DNA of 64,000 nucleotides from Candidatus Poriferihabitaceae bacterium (GTDB lineage Bacteria; Pseudomonadota; Gammaproteobacteria; Arenicellales; Poriferihabitantaceae): NCBI GenBank assembly GCA_965209105.1, contig CBDBQB010000033.1, positions 6,805 to 70,804 of the forward strand, read 5' to 3'. Shown piece by piece: positions 59,584 to 64,000 of this stretch (position 1 is its first letter; each line of letters starts with the position of its first letter). The notes under the pieces were generated by a model. It saw only the letters and a program-made list of their open reading frames with translations, ran no database searches and was not told where the DNA came from. The position numbers and the translations under genes were made by a program.

Positions 59584-59811
59584 TTAATACCATCTAATTC
59601 CGTTGCTATCGATCGTTACAGATGGGCCTATTTGAATATTAATATCGGCAGGACTCGGCTGCGGGTAATAGCCAGCATCAGATGGATGAGTGTGAAACGA
59701 GCCTACTTCTCCTCCAGTGCGTGAGGTAGGATAAATCTGAGCCACGCTACTGGGAGACCACATACTGGCTCCCGTCGTTATACTCGATCTCCCCCCCCTC
59801 GATTTGCCAAA
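59584..59811 (-). pseudogene. start-less orphan toxin C-terminal module with an HxH...SxxD motif
   Basis: The frame opens directly after a stop with FGKSRGGRSS (a junction-motif variant). It continues ...GEVGSFHTHPSDAGYYPQPSPADINIQ...IRWY*. There is no start codon at the 5' end. Confidence 0.5.
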
Positions 59812-59829
59812 TCATACACAAGAGCACGA

Positions 59830-60327
59830 TCATTCTATTTGGCCTCGTATTAACCACAGGAACCAAATCACCAACACAGTAAAAGCTATTAACACGCTTT
59901 CGAGTAGAGACATCAATCCGGCAACCGTCAACAACGCCGGAAAGGTTAGCACTAACAAAGCTTGCTTCTTAGGTTTTTGCTTGAAGTAAAAATAAAAAGC
60001 CAGCCCCCACAAAATCATGATTCCAGGAGCCAAAAAATCGCTTTTCTTACGCCAAGCCTTTAATGCACTTGTGGCAGACCATTTGTCATGATTTTTTTTC
60101 TCTTCCTCGAACCAGCGATTATTCTTTTCAATTAGACTTTCGTAATATTGATATTCTTTGGGTTTCATCCCACTTTCAGCTTTGCTGCGCAACAGATCAA
60201 GCTCTTCTCTATAAGGGGAATAAATTCTATCTTTATCACGTATTTCAATTTCTAGTGGTGAATACAAAACAATGCATAAGCTAAGCAAAGATAATGTAAA
60301 AGATAAAAGTAGTGCTTGTCTTACCAT
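59830..60327 (-). CDS. four-TM membrane protein, candidate immunity protein for the Rhs toxin
   Basis: Start MVRQALLLSF at ATG 60327, overlapping the Rhs stop (ATGGTAA); an alternative ATG is at 60339. One hydrophobic segment at the N-terminus and three at the C-terminus. The listed start 60453 lies inside rhs. Confidence 0.6.
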   Translation of the reverse strand: MVRQALLLSFTLSLLSLCIVLYSPLEIEIRDKDRIYSPYREELDLLRSKAESGMKPKEYQYYESLIEKNNRWFEEEKKNHDKWSATSALKAWRKKSDFLAPGIMILWGLAFYFYFKQKPKKQALLVLTFPALLTVAGLMSLLESVLIAFTVLVIWFLWLIRGQIE

Positions 60328-63300
60328 GCTATTGAACATCCTGCCCCTCCTGATATACAAGCACGATTTTGCACTGTTGTGTTGCTCCAAATCGGCTCCG
60401 TCCTTGAATGAGACACTACTCCCTCGGATCGAAATCCTGGAATTTCTGTCCAATTTTCTGGGTTGGGGTTTGTCGTATCATATAAGGTGTTATGTGTGTA
60501 AGAATCGGTTACACGTACCTGTCCTGTTGTAACTGACCGAGATTGTACTGAAAGTACATCTGCCGCATCTAGTGCGTACCCAGCTGCCTTTACAACAAAA
60601 ATTGGCGCTCCTTGCATTATGTGTGCCGGGACATCTCCAACAGCAGCTTCTGTTTGCCATTCCCCAACTTCTTTAAAGTCTTCGACTCTACTTTTATCAG
60701 TTTGAATCTGACCATTCTGACGTTTATGGCCTAAATTATCATTAAATGCCCTACTAAAAACCCCAGTCACAAATCCATCTTCAAAACTCCCTCCTACTAA
60801 CTCAGAACCTACACCACCGGCCACACCCGCAGCAAAGACTTGACCTGTAGAAGAATCGATATTATCAATCACAGGAGCCGCTAACTGAGCAAAACCTGCT
60901 GCTACAAAACCTGTTCTAAAATTACCACCACTTAAAACTGAACGTAAGCCACCCGCAGCGCCGTGCATCAATACCTTCCCTGCCTGTTGTGCAGCAGACA
61001 AACCATTTTTAAGAGTTGCTACTCCGCTTCGTACATTGGCAGCAATTTTTCCTGCAAAATGATTGCCAATCCCCGCAAAGGCCGCACCAGATATAGCACC
61101 GATTAACATTCCTTTGAGTGTTCCTGTGGTTACTAAGCCAGCTAAACCACCACCAATAGCGCCCGCAGCTAATGCCGCCCCCGCGGAAAGAGCCGCTACC
61201 GTTGTTCCTAGATAGGCTGCGACGGCGTACGGTGCCATTATCGCGATTGCCACTGCAAGTAATGGCTTGATATATTTCTTAATCTTCTTGATAACTTTCT
61301 TAACAACCCGCACCACCGCCCTGATGGCTTTTACAACCGCCTTAACGACTTTTTGGATGACTTTGACAATCTTCTTGAATACTTTCTTAATCGACTTAAA
61401 TAGTTTCTTGAAGAAATACCCGCTTGGATCAGTAAAGCTCAACGGGTTATTGTTCACATAGCTGTATCGATTCAAGCTCTGGGTATTGAGCGGGCTTTGA
61501 ATATGCGGATCAGCACTTAAGAACCTTCCGACTTCAGGGTCATACACCCGACCCCCCATGTGGATTAAATCCGTACCGCTCATTTGCTTGTGGCCGGTAT
61601 AACCTCTGCTCGTGATCGGGAAGAACCCTGCTGCGGCGAAGTTTGCGAATGGCGCTTGAACCGCAGTGCGTCTTTGCCCAAAAGCATCATAATGAAACTG
61701 CTCGACTAACTTACCTTCTTGGTCTGTGATGGCCGTAATTGAATTCAAATGATCGCGATGTAGATAATGCGTGTCATCATAGGCATAGCTTGGGCTGCTT
61801 GGTGTGCCCAGAACATCATGGTTAATCACCGCAACGGTTTGCCCTGCAATGGTTAAATGATGCTTCGCCTTAGTCGTGCCGTTTTTCTCTAGCTCTTCAT
61901 ATAAGCCGCCGATATAAGTGGTGGTCGTGGTCTCGCCGCTAGTGATCTCTATTTGCTTGATCAACTCTCGCCCGGGGCCATATTGCATATCGCTGATGTT
62001 TGCGCCTTTGACGATATGGCTGGGTTTGTTAAATGAGGTGTAATCGATAATCGACCGACCATTGCCACTCAATTGATTGCCATTGTTATCGTAGCTAAAG
62101 GTGGTGTTCTTAGTGCCACCAATGGATGTCACGGCATGAGGTCCTGCGTTATTCGCGCCGTAAGCGTAATGAATGCCCGTGTTAGTCCCCGTTACGTCAG
62201 ACTTATTGGTGATATTGCCCAAGGCATCGTAACTCATATCAATCGTGGTTAATCCGACCGCCGCATAAAGACTCGCGCCAACGCCTGATACTTCTGATTT
62301 AGTCAGACGGTTTAGGGTATCGTAATCAAAATCTTCCCGAAAATCATACGTCAGATCATGGCGATACTCAAGATTCCCCAGTGCATCAAAATCATACAGC
62401 TCATTTTGAACCTGCGCGTTGGTCTGAATAGTATCGGTGTAGGGAGTAATCGTGTTAATAGTGGCAGACCTACCCATCTCATCATACGTCCATGTGCTTT
62501 CAACACCATTGCCGTATTGGGCTTGAGTGATCTGCCCATCGGCATCCGCATCAAGGGCTGTCCAGTAGACGGTTGAGCTGTTTTTATAGGTGTCGTATAA
62601 GCCATCGGCTTCTGCTTTAGCCGTATCGCCTAGCTCAACTTCTGCCTCAATGGCTTCGAGTATTTCTTTGTAGCGATCTTCAGTGCCCGTAGCAGCCAAG
62701 CCATTCCATTCGGTTTGATAATTGCCCAGTTCGGTGACACAAAAATCCGATTCAGGGTCATCTTGTGACCAAGCGATGCAGTTAGTGTTTGGGTCGGAAC
62801 GCGCCGCCCAGCGACCGAAGTAAGGGGCGGATTGATCTTCATAGCCACCACGCCTTGCCGCAAAACCCGCTTGAATATTTTGGTGTGAACTTAGTATCGC
62901 ACCATAAATAGAAACCTTCTCTTCGTATGGTGCTGCAAGTCCTTGTTCCGTGCTCGCATTGTTATAAGCAGTATTTGCAATACCCCATTGTGTACTCGCT
63001 GTAGAAGCCTGAGAGTAGTAAATACCTATTTTACTATCATACAAAGCCATCGCTGCATCGTATTGCGCCTGTGTACCATTATTGTAATACCAATTTGCAT
63101 CTGCTAAATAGCCTTGTGCTGACCAGTAATGCCCTACCGCGATCGTCCATGCGGCATCACCCACACTATTAGCAGCCTCTGCATAAGCAATATAGTTATT
63201 AGCTGCTGTAATATGCTGGTTATAGGGCGTGGCGCTCAAGGTATATTCTGCGTAGTAATCAACCACCAGATTGTTATGCTGAACTTCTTTGCCAGCGGCC

Positions 63301-64000
63301 TTGTTCTGTAGCGTCAACCACGGCTGGGCGGCATCGCGCGCAGTGTTTATTGCTTCATAATATGGCTCAACTACCTCTTTAAGCGCATCATATTCATCTT
63401 GCGTTTGTGCTTGCAGAATCAGGGCTTCTTTGTAGTGATCGTTGGCCTCGTCTAACTTATTTCGATACGCCTGATAATTCGCAAGATTGATGCTTTCAAG
63501 CTCGGTTGGAAAGCCGTAATCATCATAGCTTTTATGCACGACTAGACCTGTTGGGTATTGCACCCAATCTACCTTCCCCGCCACGCCCTGAAAACCAAAT
63601 TCCGTTACAAAGCTTTTGCCATTGGTGTCTACCGTTGATTTATCGGTACGCCCTAGGCTGTCGTATTCCAATGTGCGGGTATATATGGGGCTGCTTACGC
63701 TGTTTAGTCTGCCAATACCGTTGGTCGCGGTATCGTAATTCCAAATGGTTTGGCCTTCTCGCTCATCGCGGGTTTTGGTGCGACCCAGTTCATCATAGTC
63801 TAGTGTGACGACTTCTAAGTTAGCATCGGTCTGGGTGCGCATCTGACCAAAGGCATCATAGGTATATACCCAATCACCCATATCAGGATCACTCATGGTT
63901 TCTTTACGGCCAAAATGATCGTAGGTGTTGATGATCTGATGGCCATCTGTGTCGGTGGTGCTGAGCAAGTTGCCGCGCACATCATAGTCAAAGCTTGTGC
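60321..64000 (-). CDS. Rhs/YD-repeat polymorphic toxin, 5' end beyond the window
   Basis: Many YD repeats (YDAFGQ, YDELGR, YDSLGR, YDALGN). RHS core end is GGRVYDPEVGRFLSADP...NRYSYVNNNPLSFTDPSGY at aa 809-855 of the listed ORF. The frame stays open to nt 64000. Confidence 0.92.
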   Translation of the reverse strand, partial: TSFDYDVRGNLLSTTDTDGHQIINTYDHFGRKETMSDPDMGDWVYTYDAFGQMRTQTDANLEVVTLDYDELGRTKTRDEREGQTIWNYDTATNGIGRLNSVSSPIYTRTLEYDSLGRTDKSTVDTNGKSFVTEFGFQGVAGKVDWVQYPTGLVVHKSYDDYGFPTELESINLANYQAYRNKLDEANDHYKEALILQAQTQDEYDALKEVVEPYYEAINTARDAAQPWLTLQNKAAGKEVQHNNLVVDYYAEYTLSATPYNQHITAANNYIAYAEAANSVGDAAWTIAVGHYWSAQGYLADANWYYNNGTQAQYDAAMALYDSKIGIYYSQASTASTQWGIANTAYNNASTEQGLAAPYEEKVSIYGAILSSHQNIQAGFAARRGGYEDQSAPYFGRWAARSDPNTNCIAWSQDDPESDFCVTELGNYQTEWNGLAATGTEDRYKEILEAIEAEVELGDTAKAEADGLYDTYKNSSTVYWTALDADADGQITQAQYGNGVESTWTYDEMGRSATINTITPYTDTIQTNAQVQNELYDFDALGNLEYRHDLTYDFREDFDYDTLNRLTKSEVSGVGASLYAAVGLTTIDMSYDALGNITNKSDVTGTNTGIHYAYGANNAGPHAVTSIGGTKNTTFSYDNNGNQLSGNGRSIIDYTSFNKPSHIVKGANISDMQYGPGRELIKQIEITSGETTTTTYIGGLYEELEKNGTTKAKHHLTIAGQTVAVINHDVLGTPSSPSYAYDDTHYLHRDHLNSITAITDQEGKLVEQFHYDAFGQRRTAVQAPFANFAAAGFFPITSRGYTGHKQMSGTDLIHMGGRVYDPEVGRFLSADPHIQSPLNTQSLNRYSYVNNNPLSFTDPSGYFFKKLFKSIKKVFKKIVKVIQKVVKAVVKAIRAVVRVVKKVIKKIKKYIKPLLAVAIAIMAPYAVAAYLGTTVAALSAGAALAAGAIGGGLAGLVTTGTLKGMLIGAISGAAFAGIGNHFAGKIAANVRSGVATLKNGLSAAQQAGKVLMHGAAGGLRSVLSGGNFRTGFVAAGFAQLAAPVIDNIDSSTGQVFAAGVAGGVGSELVGGSFEDGFVTGVFSRAFNDNLGHKRQNGQIQTDKSRVEDFKEVGEWQTEAAVGDVPAHIMQGAPIFVVKAAGYALDAADVLSVQSRSVTTGQVRVTDSYTHNTLYDTTNPNPENWTEIPGFRSEGVVSHSRTEPIWSNTTVQNRACISGGAGCSIAW

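Overview
This window looks like a gammaproteobacterial chromosome segment, with conserved core blocks interrupted by several accessory patches.

**Core genes**
- 0.7-17.3 kb, minus strand: a complete dcw division and cell-wall operon, mraZ-rsmH-ftsL-ftsI-murE-murF-mraY-murD-ftsW-murG-murC-murB-ftsQ-ftsA-ftsZ. murB is present and ddl is absent. A near-consensus promoter lies upstream, followed by RNase P RNA (rnpB).
- 29.4-36.4 kb: djlA-hisC-rsmI, then lpoA-yraN-SIS-dolP-hldC.
- 40-56 kb: housekeeping genes, including mutM, hemY/hemX, fabA/fabB, argD, ctaA and a cytochrome c.

**Accessory patches**
1. 17.9-29.4 kb, between rnpB and djlA. It holds a YeeE-like permease, a secreted beta-helix protein, and a CadC-like regulator with a methyltransferase/nitrilase/GFA/Tat-signal CN-hydrolase cluster. 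It also holds a small cassette-like pseudogene beside an attC-like site, a 159-bp MITE, a complete IS5-family element and a BrnT/BrnA-like toxin-antitoxin pair. A degenerate copy of the djlA 3' end lies 8.4 kb from the intact gene.
2. 36.4-40.0 kb: an AT-rich insert carrying an orphan gene of about 604 aa. A second, inverted, 5'-truncated IS copy splits this gene and is flanked by a 20-bp duplication.
3. 56.2-64 kb: an island that opens with a radC fragment and ends in a large Rhs/YD-repeat toxin gene running off the window.

**Main lead: the Rhs island**
- The Rhs C-terminal region is unusual. It has a 51-aa Lys-rich helix, then about 170 aa of glycine-zipper hydrophobic sequence, then a 145-aa domain I cannot assign.
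- A translationally coupled four-TM gene follows it, and I read this as the immunity candidate.
- Downstream lie start-less orphan toxin fragments with small secreted or lipoprotein partners, and a coupled trio of small proteins.
- Tandem copies of a 24-35-nt motif also occur here. The same motif sits at the cassette junctions and once more at 36.7 kb.

**Annotation caveat**
Five single-base frameshifts cluster in housekeeping genes between 47 and 53 kb. Sequence error is more likely than true pseudogenes.
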